Assembly (NCBI GenBank): GCA_035316005.1 | Contig: DATFXK010000017.1 | Span: 1-37,619, forward strand | Source of the DNA: Acidimicrobiia bacterium | GTDB lineage: Bacteria; Actinomycetota; Acidimicrobiia; IMCC26256; JACDBD01 | Direction of reading: 5' to 3' | DNA length: 37,619 nt | Shown here: positions 26,579-35,525 of the stretch, piece by piece | Numbering within the stretch: the stretch's first letter is position 1 | How the letters are laid out: each line of letters opens with the position of its first letter | Notes under the pieces: generated by a model | What the model was told of the DNA's origin: nothing | Database searches by the model: none | Seen by the model: only the letters and a program-made list of their open reading frames with translations | Program-made: the position numbers and the translations under genes

Positions 26579-27670
26579 GTGGACCCGGTACGCCCGAACT
26601 ACGGCGGGCAGGCGATCACGAGCTTGGTGCCGGCGCTCGTGGGCGGCCGCCCGACGCCGGACCTGCCCCCCTGCGTCGAAGGTGCGAACGCGGTTGTCCT
26701 GCTCCTGCTCGACGGGCTCGGCTGGCAGGCGGTCGAGGCGCACCGCAGCCTGCTCCCCGAGCTCGCCGGTCTGGAGGGCGGGCCGATCACGACCGTCGCG
26801 CCGTCGACGACCGCCAGCGCCCTCACGTCGCTCGCAACCGGCCTCGCCCCCTCACAGCACGGCCTGGTGGGGTTCCGGATGCGCGTCGGCGACGATGTGC
26901 TCAACATCCTGCGCTGGCAGACGGCGGGCAACCACCGCCCGCCCGACCCGTTCGAGATGCAACGCCACACCGCCTTCCTCGGACGGCCCGTCCCCGTCGT
27001 GACCCGCAGCGAGTTCCGGCATTCCGGGTTCACGGAAGCGCAGCTCCGCGGCGCGCGGTTCGTGGGTTGGAACGCGGTGTCGACGCTCGTCGAGCACTGC
27101 CGCCGTCTCGCAGGTGCGGGGGAGCGCTTCGTCTACGGGTACTACCCTGGTGTCGACGCCGTCGCCCACGAGTACGGCCTGCACGACTCGTTCTACGTGG
27201 CCGAGCTGCGGGCGGCCGACCGCCTCGTCGGCGAGCTGCGCGACGCGCTCCCGGAGGAGACGGCGCTGCTCGTGACGTCGGATCACGGTCAGGTCCACAT
27301 CGACTCGGGCGGCTGGGTCGAGCTGACCGAGCTGGCGCCGATGATCGCGATGTACGCCGGCGAAGCCCGGTTCCGGTACCTCTACGCCCGGCCGGGGGCG
27401 TCCGCCGAGCTCGGCGCCGGCGCGCGCGAAGCCGTCGGGCATCAGGCCTGGGTGCTCACCCGGGAGGAGCTGTTCGCCGAAGGCTGGATCGGGCCCCCGC
27501 CCGAGGGCCCGATCGGCAACCGCGTGGGCGATGTCGTGCTCGCCGCTCGCGAGCCGGTGGCCTTCGTCGACCCGACGCTGCCGCAGGAGACCAACCTGAT
27601 CGGCATGCACGGCTCGCTCACCCCCGACGAGATGTACGTGCCCCTCCTGGGCGCGCGCGGCCGGGCATGA
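26579..27670 (+). CDS. Alkaline phosphatase superfamily (type I phosphodiesterase/NPP-like) protein
   Basis: LLDGLG, PSTT (Thr nucleophile), DAVAH, TSDHG, HGS; TAGATT -10 at 26550 and GGGAGG RBS. Confidence 0.85.
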   Translation: MDPVRPNYGGQAITSLVPALVGGRPTPDLPPCVEGANAVVLLLLDGLGWQAVEAHRSLLPELAGLEGGPITTVAPSTTASALTSLATGLAPSQHGLVGFRMRVGDDVLNILRWQTAGNHRPPDPFEMQRHTAFLGRPVPVVTRSEFRHSGFTEAQLRGARFVGWNAVSTLVEHCRRLAGAGERFVYGYYPGVDAVAHEYGLHDSFYVAELRAADRLVGELRDALPEETALLVTSDHGQVHIDSGGWVELTELAPMIAMYAGEARFRYLYARPGASAELGAGAREAVGHQAWVLTREELFAEGWIGPPPEGPIGNRVGDVVLAAREPVAFVDPTLPQETNLIGMHGSLTPDEMYVPLLGARGRA

Positions 27671-27686
27671 GGCCGGTCGTCGGCGC

Positions 27687-27715
27687 TTGCCCGCCGGCGG
27701 CTTCCCCTCTATGGT
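27687..27715 (+). promoter_or_regulatory. Putative sigma-A promoter of dnaE
   Basis: TTGCCC (27687-27692), 17-bp spacer, TATGGT (27710-27715). Confidence 0.6.
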
Positions 27716-27734
27716 GAGAGTTACAACAGTGTGA

Positions 27735-27765
27735 TTCTCCACAGGGTCATCCACAACCCCTGTGG
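27735..27765. promoter_or_regulatory. DnaA-box-like cluster
   Basis: TTCTCCACA (27735-27743) and TCATCCACA (27747-27755), each one mismatch from TT(A/G)TCCACA, plus an inverted TGTGG at 27761. Confidence 0.6.
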
Positions 27766-27786
27766 GCCGGAGGGGGTTGGCGCGCC

Positions 27787-30700
27787 TTGGGGAGCTCGTT
27801 CGTGCACCTGCATCTGCACACCGAGTTCTCGATGCTCGACGGCGCCGCCCGCATCCCCGACGTCATCGCCACGGCCGCCGCCGACGGGCAGCCCGCGGTC
27901 GGGATCACCGACCACGGGAACATGTACGGCGTCCTCGACTTCTACCGGTCGGCGCGTGACGCGGGGCTGACGCCGGTCGTCGGCGCCGAGGCATATTTCG
28001 TCGGCAGCAGCCGCTTCGATCGGCCCCGGCGCGCCGACCACGACATCTACCACCTGACCCTGCTTGCCGAGAGCAACGCCGGCTACCGCAACCTGATCAG
28101 AGTCGCGTCCGACGCGTACCTCGACGGCTTCTACTTCAAGCCGCGCATCGACTTCGAGCTCCTCGAACGCCATCGCGACGGTCTGGTCGCGACGAGCGGC
28201 TGCCTCGGTGGGCTGGTGTGCCAGCAGCTGATGACGGGGGAGTACGACGCCGCCCGCGAGTCGGCGTCGCGCTTCCAGGACATCCTCGGGCGCGACTCCT
28301 TCTTCATCGAATTGCAGGACCACGGGCTCGCCGAACAGCGCACCGTCAACCCGCAGCTCGTGAAGATGGCGCGCGAGCTCGACGCGCCACTGCTGGCGAC
28401 GAACGACTCCCACTACACGCACAAGGAGCACGCGGAGGCGCACGCGGCATTGCTGTGCGTCCAGACCGGCGCCACGCTCGACGACCCGAACCGGTTCAAG
28501 TTCGACGCCGAGGAGTTCTACCTGAAGACCGCGGCGGAGATGCGCGGCTTGTTCTCGGACCATCCGGAGGCGTGCGACAACACCCTGCTCGTCGCCGAGC
28601 GGGCCAATGTCGAGATCGAGTTCGGCAAGCCGGATCTGCCGGCGTTCCCCGTGCCCGACGGATACGACGAGGACACGTACCTCCGTGAGCTCACCTTCGA
28701 GGGCGCCAAGAACCGCTACGGCCCGTCGCCGGCGCTGCACGTCCTCGAACGGCTCGAGTACGAGCTCGGCGTCATCAAGGACATGGGGTTCTCGGCGTAC
28801 TTCCTCGTCGTGTGGGACCTCGTGCGCTACGCCCGCTCACGCAGCATCCGAGTCGGGCCCGGGCGGGGGAGCGCGGCGGGATCGTGCGTCGCCTACTGCC
28901 TGCGCATCGTCGACGTCGACCCGATCCGGTACGACCTCCTCTTCGAGCGGTTCCTCAACCCGGGCCGCAAGGAGATGCCCGACATCGACATGGACTTCGA
29001 CGAGCGATACCGGGGCGAGATGATCCGGTACGCCGCCCAGCGGTACGGCTGGGATCATGTCGCCCAGATCGTCACGTTCTCGACCATCAAGGCCCGGGCC
29101 GCGGTACGTGACGCGTCGCGCGTGCTCGGCTACCCGTGGGGTGTGGGGGACCGCATCGCGAAGCTCATGCCGCCGTTGATCATGGGTCGCGACACGCCGT
29201 TGCGGGCGTGCCTGGAGAAGGTGACCGGCCACGATGACGGCTACAAGATGGCCGCCGAGCTGCGAGCGCTGTACGACTCCGACCCCGATGCCAAGCGCGT
29301 CATCGACGTCGCCCGCGGCCTCGAAGGGCTGCGGCGCCAGGACGGCATCCACGCCGCCGCCGTCGTGATCACCCGGGAGCCGTTGACCGAGTACCTCCCC
29401 ATCCAGCGGAAGCCCGAGCCGGGTGGCGACATCGAGGACGCACCGATCGTCACGCAGTACGAGATGCACGGCGTCGAGGACCTCGGGCTGCTGAAGATGG
29501 ACTTCCTCGGTCTGCGCAACCTCTCGGTCATGGAGCGCACCGTCGAGCTGATCGAGTCCACCCGCGGCGAGCGCCTCGACATCGACGGCGTCCCGCTCGA
29601 CGACCCCGCCACGTTCGAGATGCTCCAGCGCGGCGAATCGATCGGCGTGTTCCAGCTCGAGGGTGGCCCCATGCGCGCGCTGATGCGATCACTCGAGCCC
29701 ACCACGTTCGAGGACGTGGCGGCGTTGGTCGCCCTGTACCGCCCGGGACCGATGGCCGCCAACATGCACACCGACTACGCGAACCGCAAGAACGGTCGCA
29801 AGCCTGTGACCTACTACCACGAGGACCTGCGCGAGATCCTCGAGCCGACGTTCGGGTTGATGATCTACCAGGAACAGCTGATGCGCATGGCCCAGGTGCT
29901 CGCCGGCTACTCACTCGAGGAGGCCGACAACCTGCGCAAGGCGACGGGGAAGAAGATCCGTTCGCTGATCGCCAAGGAACGGTCGAAGTTCGTCGACGGG
30001 TGTGTCGCTCACGGTCACCGTCGCGAGTTCGGCGAGGAGATGTTCGACATCATCGAGCCCTTCGCCGACTACTCGTTCAACAAGTCCCACTCCGTCGGCT
30101 ACGGCTACGTCGCCTACCAGACCGCGTACCTCAAGGCGAACTACCCGGTCGAGTACCTGGCCGCGCTGTTGACGAGCGTCAAGACGAACAAGGACCAGAC
30201 CGCGGTGTATCTGAACGAGTGCCGCCAGCTGGGGATCCCGGTGCTGGTGCCCGACGTGAACGAGTCGGAGAGCGACTTCGCCGTGCGCGACGGCTCGATC
30301 CGATTCGGGATGTCGGCCGTGCGCAACGTCGGCGAAGGGCTCGTCCAGCACATCGTCACCGCCCGCGCGGACGGCGGGCCGTTCGCCGATTTCTTCGACT
30401 TCTGCGAGCGCGTCGACCCGCAGGCCCTCAACAAGCGCACGATCGAATCGCTCGTCAAGGCGGGCGGGTTCGACTCCCTCGGATACCCGCGCAAGGGCCT
30501 CCTGCACGTGTACGAGCAGATCGTCAATCACACGCTGGCCCGCCGGCGGGAGCGCGACGCCGGGATCATGAGCTTGTTCGGCGGCGACAACGGCACGGCC
30601 GACGCCACCGGCGGCGGCGGCGATGCCTTCGACGAACGCATCACCGTCCCCGAAACCGAGTTCGACAAGCGGGTCCGGCTCGCGCACGAGAAGGAGATGC

Positions 30701-31290
30701 TCGGCCTCTACGTCAGCGAGCACCCGCTCATGGGCGCCGAGCGCGGCCTGCGCCGTCATATCGAGTGCACGCTCACCGAGCTCAAGGAGCTGCGCGAGGG
30801 CGAGCTGCGGGTCGTGGGCGGGGTGGTGACCGCGCTGAATCGCCGGTACACGAAGCGCGGCGATCTCATGGCGACCTTCGTGCTCGAGGATCTCGGCGCC
30901 GCCCTCGAGGTCATGGTCTTCCCGAAGACGATGACCTCGTACGGGCACGTGCTGGAAGAGGACGCCATCGTGTGCGTGAAGGGGCGTCTCGACCTGCGCG
31001 ACGACGACCCCAAGATCATCGCCATGGAGATCACCCAGCCCGAGGTCGTCCTCGACGGCGGGCCGCCCGTCCGCGTCCGAGTCAAGCGGGCGGCCCTGAC
31101 GAACGAGAAGGTCGACCGGCTCAAGGAGATCCTGCGGCTCCACCCCGGTGACAGCGCGGTCTACGTCCACCTCGAAGGGCCTGACCGCACGACCGTCCTC
31201 CAGCTCGCCGACGAGTACCTCGTCGACTCGAGCAACGGCCTCTACGCCGACCTGCGCGTCCTGCTCGGGGCCGACTGCATCGCGGGGTAG
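27787..31290 (+). CDS. dnaE: DNA polymerase III alpha subunit (replicative DnaE1 type)
   Basis: PHP motifs HLHLHTEFS and TDHGN, GPGRGSAAGS, MPDIDMDF, KMDFLGL, FNKSH, OB fold; no intein; GGAGGGG RBS before TTG. Confidence 0.98.
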   Translation: MGSSFVHLHLHTEFSMLDGAARIPDVIATAAADGQPAVGITDHGNMYGVLDFYRSARDAGLTPVVGAEAYFVGSSRFDRPRRADHDIYHLTLLAESNAGYRNLIRVASDAYLDGFYFKPRIDFELLERHRDGLVATSGCLGGLVCQQLMTGEYDAARESASRFQDILGRDSFFIELQDHGLAEQRTVNPQLVKMARELDAPLLATNDSHYTHKEHAEAHAALLCVQTGATLDDPNRFKFDAEEFYLKTAAEMRGLFSDHPEACDNTLLVAERANVEIEFGKPDLPAFPVPDGYDEDTYLRELTFEGAKNRYGPSPALHVLERLEYELGVIKDMGFSAYFLVVWDLVRYARSRSIRVGPGRGSAAGSCVAYCLRIVDVDPIRYDLLFERFLNPGRKEMPDIDMDFDERYRGEMIRYAAQRYGWDHVAQIVTFSTIKARAAVRDASRVLGYPWGVGDRIAKLMPPLIMGRDTPLRACLEKVTGHDDGYKMAAELRALYDSDPDAKRVIDVARGLEGLRRQDGIHAAAVVITREPLTEYLPIQRKPEPGGDIEDAPIVTQYEMHGVEDLGLLKMDFLGLRNLSVMERTVELIESTRGERLDIDGVPLDDPATFEMLQRGESIGVFQLEGGPMRALMRSLEPTTFEDVAALVALYRPGPMAANMHTDYANRKNGRKPVTYYHEDLREILEPTFGLMIYQEQLMRMAQVLAGYSLEEADNLRKATGKKIRSLIAKERSKFVDGCVAHGHRREFGEEMFDIIEPFADYSFNKSHSVGYGYVAYQTAYLKANYPVEYLAALLTSVKTNKDQTAVYLNECRQLGIPVLVPDVNESESDFAVRDGSIRFGMSAVRNVGEGLVQHIVTARADGGPFADFFDFCERVDPQALNKRTIESLVKAGGFDSLGYPRKGLLHVYEQIVNHTLARRRERDAGIMSLFGGDNGTADATGGGGDAFDERITVPETEFDKRVRLAHEKEMLGLYVSEHPLMGAERGLRRHIECTLTELKELREGELRVVGGVVTALNRRYTKRGDLMATFVLEDLGAALEVMVFPKTMTSYGHVLEEDAIVCVKGRLDLRDDDPKIIAMEITQPEVVLDGGPPVRVRVKRAALTNEKVDRLKEILRLHPGDSAVYVHLEGPDRTTVLQLADEYLVDSSNGLYADLRVLLGADCIAG

Positions 31291-31291
31291 G

Positions 31292-31504
31292 TCAGGGCTC
31301 GTCGCGGCCGGAGTTGCGCCCGACCCATTTCCCGAACTGGTAGGCGAGGAAGGCGACGATCACGTAGCCGGCGAAGGCGAGCGCGACCCGCAGTGTGGCG
31401 AAGAGGATCCCGACCGCGAGCCACACCCCGATCGCGGCCACGATGACGAGCCCGACCTTGAACCACAACGGGATGCCGGGCGACGTGTCGTCGTAGTCGG
31501 CCAT
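31292..31504 (-). CDS. Small hypothetical membrane protein (70 aa, 2 predicted TM)
   Basis: MADYDDTSPGIPLWFKVGLV.. with two hydrophobic segments; starts 4 nt after the LLM stop. Confidence 0.65.
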   Translation of the reverse strand: MADYDDTSPGIPLWFKVGLVIVAAIGVWLAVGILFATLRVALAFAGYVIVAFLAYQFGKWVGRNSGRDEP

Positions 31505-31508
31505 CGCG

Positions 31509-32369
31509 TCAGCCGATCTTCTCGATGACGTTCTCGGAGAATCGGCCGAGCTGCTCGCGGAGCGTGTCGAGGTCGAAGCCGAGCGGCGGCAGCACGATGC
31601 GGTCGACCCCGTGGTCGGCGAATCGGCGGACCCCCTCCAGGTCCATGACGCCACCGGCGGTCACCTCGATCGCGTCGGGGTTGCGGCCGGCGTCCTTGGC
31701 GCTGGCGCGCATCTCGTCGAGCAGCGGGACGAGATCGTCGTCGGTCGAGCGACCGGGGAAGAACCCGTCACCGAGCCGGCCGGCGCGCCGTGCAGCCGGC
31801 ATCGTGTGCCCACCGACGTGGATCGGGATCGTGCTCTGGTGCGGCTTCGGATAGCTCTTCGCCCGATCGAAGCGCGCGTACCGTCCCTCGAAGCACGGCT
31901 CCTCTTCCCGCCACAGGCACCGCAGCGCCTCGATGTACTCGTCGGTGCGGGCGCCGCGTTCCTCGAAGGGCACGCCGAGCGCGTCGAACTCCTCGCGCAG
32001 CCAGCCGACACCGACGCCGAGCTCGACCCGTCCGCGCGAGAGCACGTCGAGCGTCGAGAGCTCCTTGGCGAGGATCACGGGATTGCGCTGCGGCAGGATC
32101 AGGATCCCGGTCGCGAGCCGCAGCGTCGCGGTGACGGAACCGATCCAGGTCAGCCAGATCAGCGGGTCGGGGATCGGGCTCTCTTCCGGGCCGGGCATGC
32201 GACCGGTCGGCGAGTAGGGGTACTCCGACTGGTAGTCCCCGGGGACGACGACGTGCTCGACCGTCCAGAGCGACTCGATGCTGTGCTCCTCGGCGATGCG
32301 CCCGAAGGCGGCCGCCATGTCCGGCTGCACGTACGGACCGACGTTGGCGAACATGATGCCGAACTTCAT
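31509..32369 (-). CDS. LLM class F420-dependent oxidoreductase (Rv2161c-like)
   Basis: MKFGI, WTVEHVV, PDPLIWL, LATGILILPQRNP, GVGVGWLREEF, GG..AARRAGRLGDG. Start set to ATG 32369. Confidence 0.88.
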   Translation of the reverse strand: MKFGIMFANVGPYVQPDMAAAFGRIAEEHSIESLWTVEHVVVPGDYQSEYPYSPTGRMPGPEESPIPDPLIWLTWIGSVTATLRLATGILILPQRNPVILAKELSTLDVLSRGRVELGVGVGWLREEFDALGVPFEERGARTDEYIEALRCLWREEEPCFEGRYARFDRAKSYPKPHQSTIPIHVGGHTMPAARRAGRLGDGFFPGRSTDDDLVPLLDEMRASAKDAGRNPDAIEVTAGGVMDLEGVRRFADHGVDRIVLPPLGFDLDTLREQLGRFSENVIEKIG

Positions 32370-32428
32370 CGAATGCCCCTCGTTGGTCGTTGGCGGCAGC
32401 CTAGAGCCGATGTGCCAGGCTCTCTTGC

Positions 32429-33103
32429 ATGAAGATCGGAGTGCTGGGAGCAACCGGTCCTGCCGGCGGTGGATTGGCCGCGCGCCTGGCGAGCATCGGC
32501 TACGAGGTGATCGCAGGCTCGCGGGACTCAGCGCGAGCGGAGGCTGCGGTGGCGAAGCTCCGCGGACAATGGGGTGATCGGGTCCGCGGGCTCGAGGCGG
32601 GCGGCAACGCGGACGCCGCCAACGCCGATCTGGTCGTCGTCGCCACGCAATGGGAAGCCGCGGTCCCGACCGCGGCACAGCACGCTGACGCGCTGACCGG
32701 CAAAGTCGTCATCGCCATGGCCAACGGCCTCGCGAAGCACGGACGCGAATTCCACCCCGTGCTGCCGGAGGAAGGTTCCATCTCCATGGCGATGCAAGCG
32801 GCCGCACCCGGCGCCCGCGTCGCCGCCGCAATGCACCTCATCCCGGCCTCGGTCTTCGGCGACCTCGATCACCCGATCGACAGCGACGTGATCGTCTGCG
32901 CCGACGACGACGCTGCCCGCGAGACCGTCCTCGATCTCGTCACGGGCATCCCTGACGTGCGCGGGTTCGACGGCGGGTCGCTCGCGAACGCGGTCGGCCT
33001 CGAGGCCTTCGCCGCCGTGCTGCTCACGATCAACCTCCGTCACAAGGGCAAAGGCCGTCTCCGTCTCCTCGGGGTCGAGCCCCGGCCCCCGGCCGGACCG
33101 TGA
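32429..33103 (+). CDS. npdG: NADPH-dependent F420 reductase
   Basis: IGVLGATGPAGGGLA, GSR, G.N..AA, DVIVCADD, LLTINLRHK. Confidence 0.85.
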   Translation: MKIGVLGATGPAGGGLAARLASIGYEVIAGSRDSARAEAAVAKLRGQWGDRVRGLEAGGNADAANADLVVVATQWEAAVPTAAQHADALTGKVVIAMANGLAKHGREFHPVLPEEGSISMAMQAAAPGARVAAAMHLIPASVFGDLDHPIDSDVIVCADDDAARETVLDLVTGIPDVRGFDGGSLANAVGLEAFAAVLLTINLRHKGKGRLRLLGVEPRPPAGP

Positions 33104-34287
33104 CGCTGCGCATCCACGACACGGCGCAGCGGGAGCTCGTCCCCTTCGAAGCGGGGCCCGTGGTCCGCATGTACGTATGCGGCATCACGCCCTACGACTC
33201 GACGCACCTCGGACACGCCGCGACCTACATCACCTACGACCTGCTCACGCGACGCCTGGAAGAGCTCGGGCACGAGGTGCGCATGGTGCGCAACGTCACC
33301 GACGTGGACGACTCGATCCTGCCCAAGGCACGTGAGCTGGGTGTCGACTACCTGGAGCTCGCCGACGCCGAGCTGGCCCGCTTCCAGGCCGACATGGACG
33401 CGCTCGGCATGCGCCCGCCGGCCGCCGAGCCGCGCGCCACCGAGGCCATCGACGGGATGATCGAGATGGCGACGGAACTCCTCGAGTCCGAACACGCGTA
33501 CCTCACGCACGGCACCGTGTACTTCGACGTCTCCACGTTCCCGCGTTACGGCGAGCTCTCGCACTACTCGCTCGAGCACATGATCCGGCTGGCGCGGGCG
33601 CGCGGCGGGAACCCCGACGACCCGCACCGGCGGGCGCCCCTCGACTTCATCCTGTGGCAGCCGTCGGAATCCGGTGAGCCGGCGTGGCGGGCGCCCTTCG
33701 GCGTGGGCCGTCCCGGATGGCATCTCGAATGCTCGGTCATGTCGAGAGAGGCCCTCGGCCCCACGCTCGACCTGCATGGCGGTGGGACCGACCTGATCTT
33801 CCCGCATCACGAGTGCGAGATCGCCCAGAGCGAGTCGATCACCGGCGAGACGTTTTCGCGGCACTGGATGCACTCGGCGATGGTCAGCTACGAGGGCGAG
33901 AAGATGTCGAAGTCACTTGGGAACCTCGTGTTCGTGAGCGACCTGCTGAAGACCGCCGACCCGCGCGCGATCCGGCTCGCGCTCATGCGTCACCACTACC
34001 GGGCCGGGTTCGAGTGGCACGACACCGACCTCGACGAGGGCAACGCGCTGCTGCACCGGCTGCTCGCAGCGGCCGAACGGCCTGACGGCGCCGACCCCCG
34101 CCCGTTCGCAGAGCGAGTCCGCAGCGCGCTCGACGCCGACCTCGACGCACCCAGGGCGCTCGAAGCCCTCGACGACCTCGCCAGCGCCATCCTTTCGGGC
34201 GGCACGGACAGCACCGCGCCCGCAGCGCTCCGCGAGCTCGGCAACCTTGTCGGCGTCGACCTCCGCAAGCCGCTCGAGCACCGCTAG
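33100..34287 (+). CDS. mshC: Cys:GlcN-Ins ligase MshC (CysRS-like, mycothiol synthesis)
   Basis: MYVCGITPYDSTHLGHA, RNVTDVDD, GRPGWHLEC, GGTDLIFPHHE, KMSKSLGN; 395 aa, no anticodon-binding domain. Confidence 0.8.
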   Translation: MTLRIHDTAQRELVPFEAGPVVRMYVCGITPYDSTHLGHAATYITYDLLTRRLEELGHEVRMVRNVTDVDDSILPKARELGVDYLELADAELARFQADMDALGMRPPAAEPRATEAIDGMIEMATELLESEHAYLTHGTVYFDVSTFPRYGELSHYSLEHMIRLARARGGNPDDPHRRAPLDFILWQPSESGEPAWRAPFGVGRPGWHLECSVMSREALGPTLDLHGGGTDLIFPHHECEIAQSESITGETFSRHWMHSAMVSYEGEKMSKSLGNLVFVSDLLKTADPRAIRLALMRHHYRAGFEWHDTDLDEGNALLHRLLAAAERPDGADPRPFAERVRSALDADLDAPRALEALDDLASAILSGGTDSTAPAALRELGNLVGVDLRKPLEHR

Positions 34288-34293
34288 CGCGCG

Positions 34294-35457
34294 CTACGAG
34301 CCCTTGTAGTTGAGAATCTCGCGCATGGTGTGCTCCGCCGCGACCAAGTCCGCCTGGTCTGCCATCACCTGCGCGAGGTCCTTGTAGGCCCCGGGGATCT
34401 CGTCGAGCAGCGCGCCGGCCCGGTCGCGATTCCATGCCTTGCCCTGCATCTGGTCGCGCAGCTCGTTCACGGTGAATCGCTTCTTCGCCTGACGGCGACT
34501 GTGCCGCCGGCCCGCACCGTGCGCGCATGACTCGTAGCTGGCCGGGTTCCCCAACCCGCGCACGACATGAATGTCGTTGCCCATCGAGCCTGGGATCACG
34601 CCACGGTCGTCGGTGCGGGCCCGAATGGCTCCCTTCCTCGTGATCCACAACTCTCGGCCATCGTGTGTCTCTCGAGCTGAATAGTTGTGATGGCAGTTGA
34701 TGCGCTGGACTTCTGACCCGGTGCTGACGAAGGCAAACAGCTCGTCGAGCAGCACGTCCATCATCTGTTCGCGGTTGGCGCGGGCGTAGTCCTGGGCCCA
34801 GAGCATGTCGGACACATAGCTCTCGAACTCGCTCGCATCCTCCGAGAAGTACGCGAGGTCGCGATCCTCGAGATGCACGTTGGCTCGCTGCGCGAGCTTC
34901 CGCGCCCGATCGATGTGATCAGTCGCGAGCTCGTTGCCGATGCCGCGGCTCCCGGAGTGCACCACAGCCCACACTCGCTCGCGCTCGTCCACCGCGACAC
35001 AGGCAAAGTGGTTGCCCGCTCCGAGAGTGCCGAGCTGGCTGACGGTCTTCTCCTCTTGCTTCGGCGAGAAGTCGCGGACAGGGGGGTGGTCGTCGAGCCA
35101 CGCCTGCCCGGGCCCAGCGCGCTTGCCGTGACCCTTCCCGACGCCGGCCGGGATGGCGCGCTCGATCCTCGGCAGCAGCGGATCGAGATCGTCGGGCAGG
35201 TCTGATCGGGTGAGATCGGTTTCCACCGCGATCATCCCGCACCCGATGTCGACGCCGACGGCGGCGGGGATGATGGCGTCCCGCGTGGGGATCACGGAGC
35301 CGACGGTGGCGCCGATGCCGAGGTGCGCGTCGGGCATGAGCGCGACGTGCCCGTAGACGATCGGCAGGCGGGCCGTGCGGCGAGCCTGCGCGAGCGTCTG
35401 CTCGTCGAGCTCCGACGCCCACGACAGCAGCTTCGGCGCGACCTCCTTCGGGGGCAT
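34294..35457 (-). CDS. rtcB: RNA 3'-phosphate/5'-OH ligase RtcB
   Basis: MPDAHLG, GVDIGCGM, GNHF, HSGSRG, HHNY, TRKGA, PGSMG, HGAGR, DEIPGAYKD, NYKG. Start set to ATG 35457. Confidence 0.95.
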   Translation of the reverse strand: MPPKEVAPKLLSWASELDEQTLAQARRTARLPIVYGHVALMPDAHLGIGATVGSVIPTRDAIIPAAVGVDIGCGMIAVETDLTRSDLPDDLDPLLPRIERAIPAGVGKGHGKRAGPGQAWLDDHPPVRDFSPKQEEKTVSQLGTLGAGNHFACVAVDERERVWAVVHSGSRGIGNELATDHIDRARKLAQRANVHLEDRDLAYFSEDASEFESYVSDMLWAQDYARANREQMMDVLLDELFAFVSTGSEVQRINCHHNYSARETHDGRELWITRKGAIRARTDDRGVIPGSMGNDIHVVRGLGNPASYESCAHGAGRRHSRRQAKKRFTVNELRDQMQGKAWNRDRAGALLDEIPGAYKDLAQVMADQADLVAAEHTMREILNYKGS

Positions 35458-35525
35458 GTGTGCATTGTCGCGTTGCGGCAAAGATCGAAGGGCCGAAAAG
35501 GGCTGCTGATATCGTCGCCGGGAAG

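Noticed and set aside
27787-31290. Intein or split in DnaE (also checked RtcB)
   Set aside because: Lengths are normal, motifs are contiguous, and there is no intein terminus or LAGLIDADG block
33100-34287. Truncated cysS pseudogene
   Set aside because: The ORF is intact, and CGITPYD plus lack of an anticodon domain fit MshC
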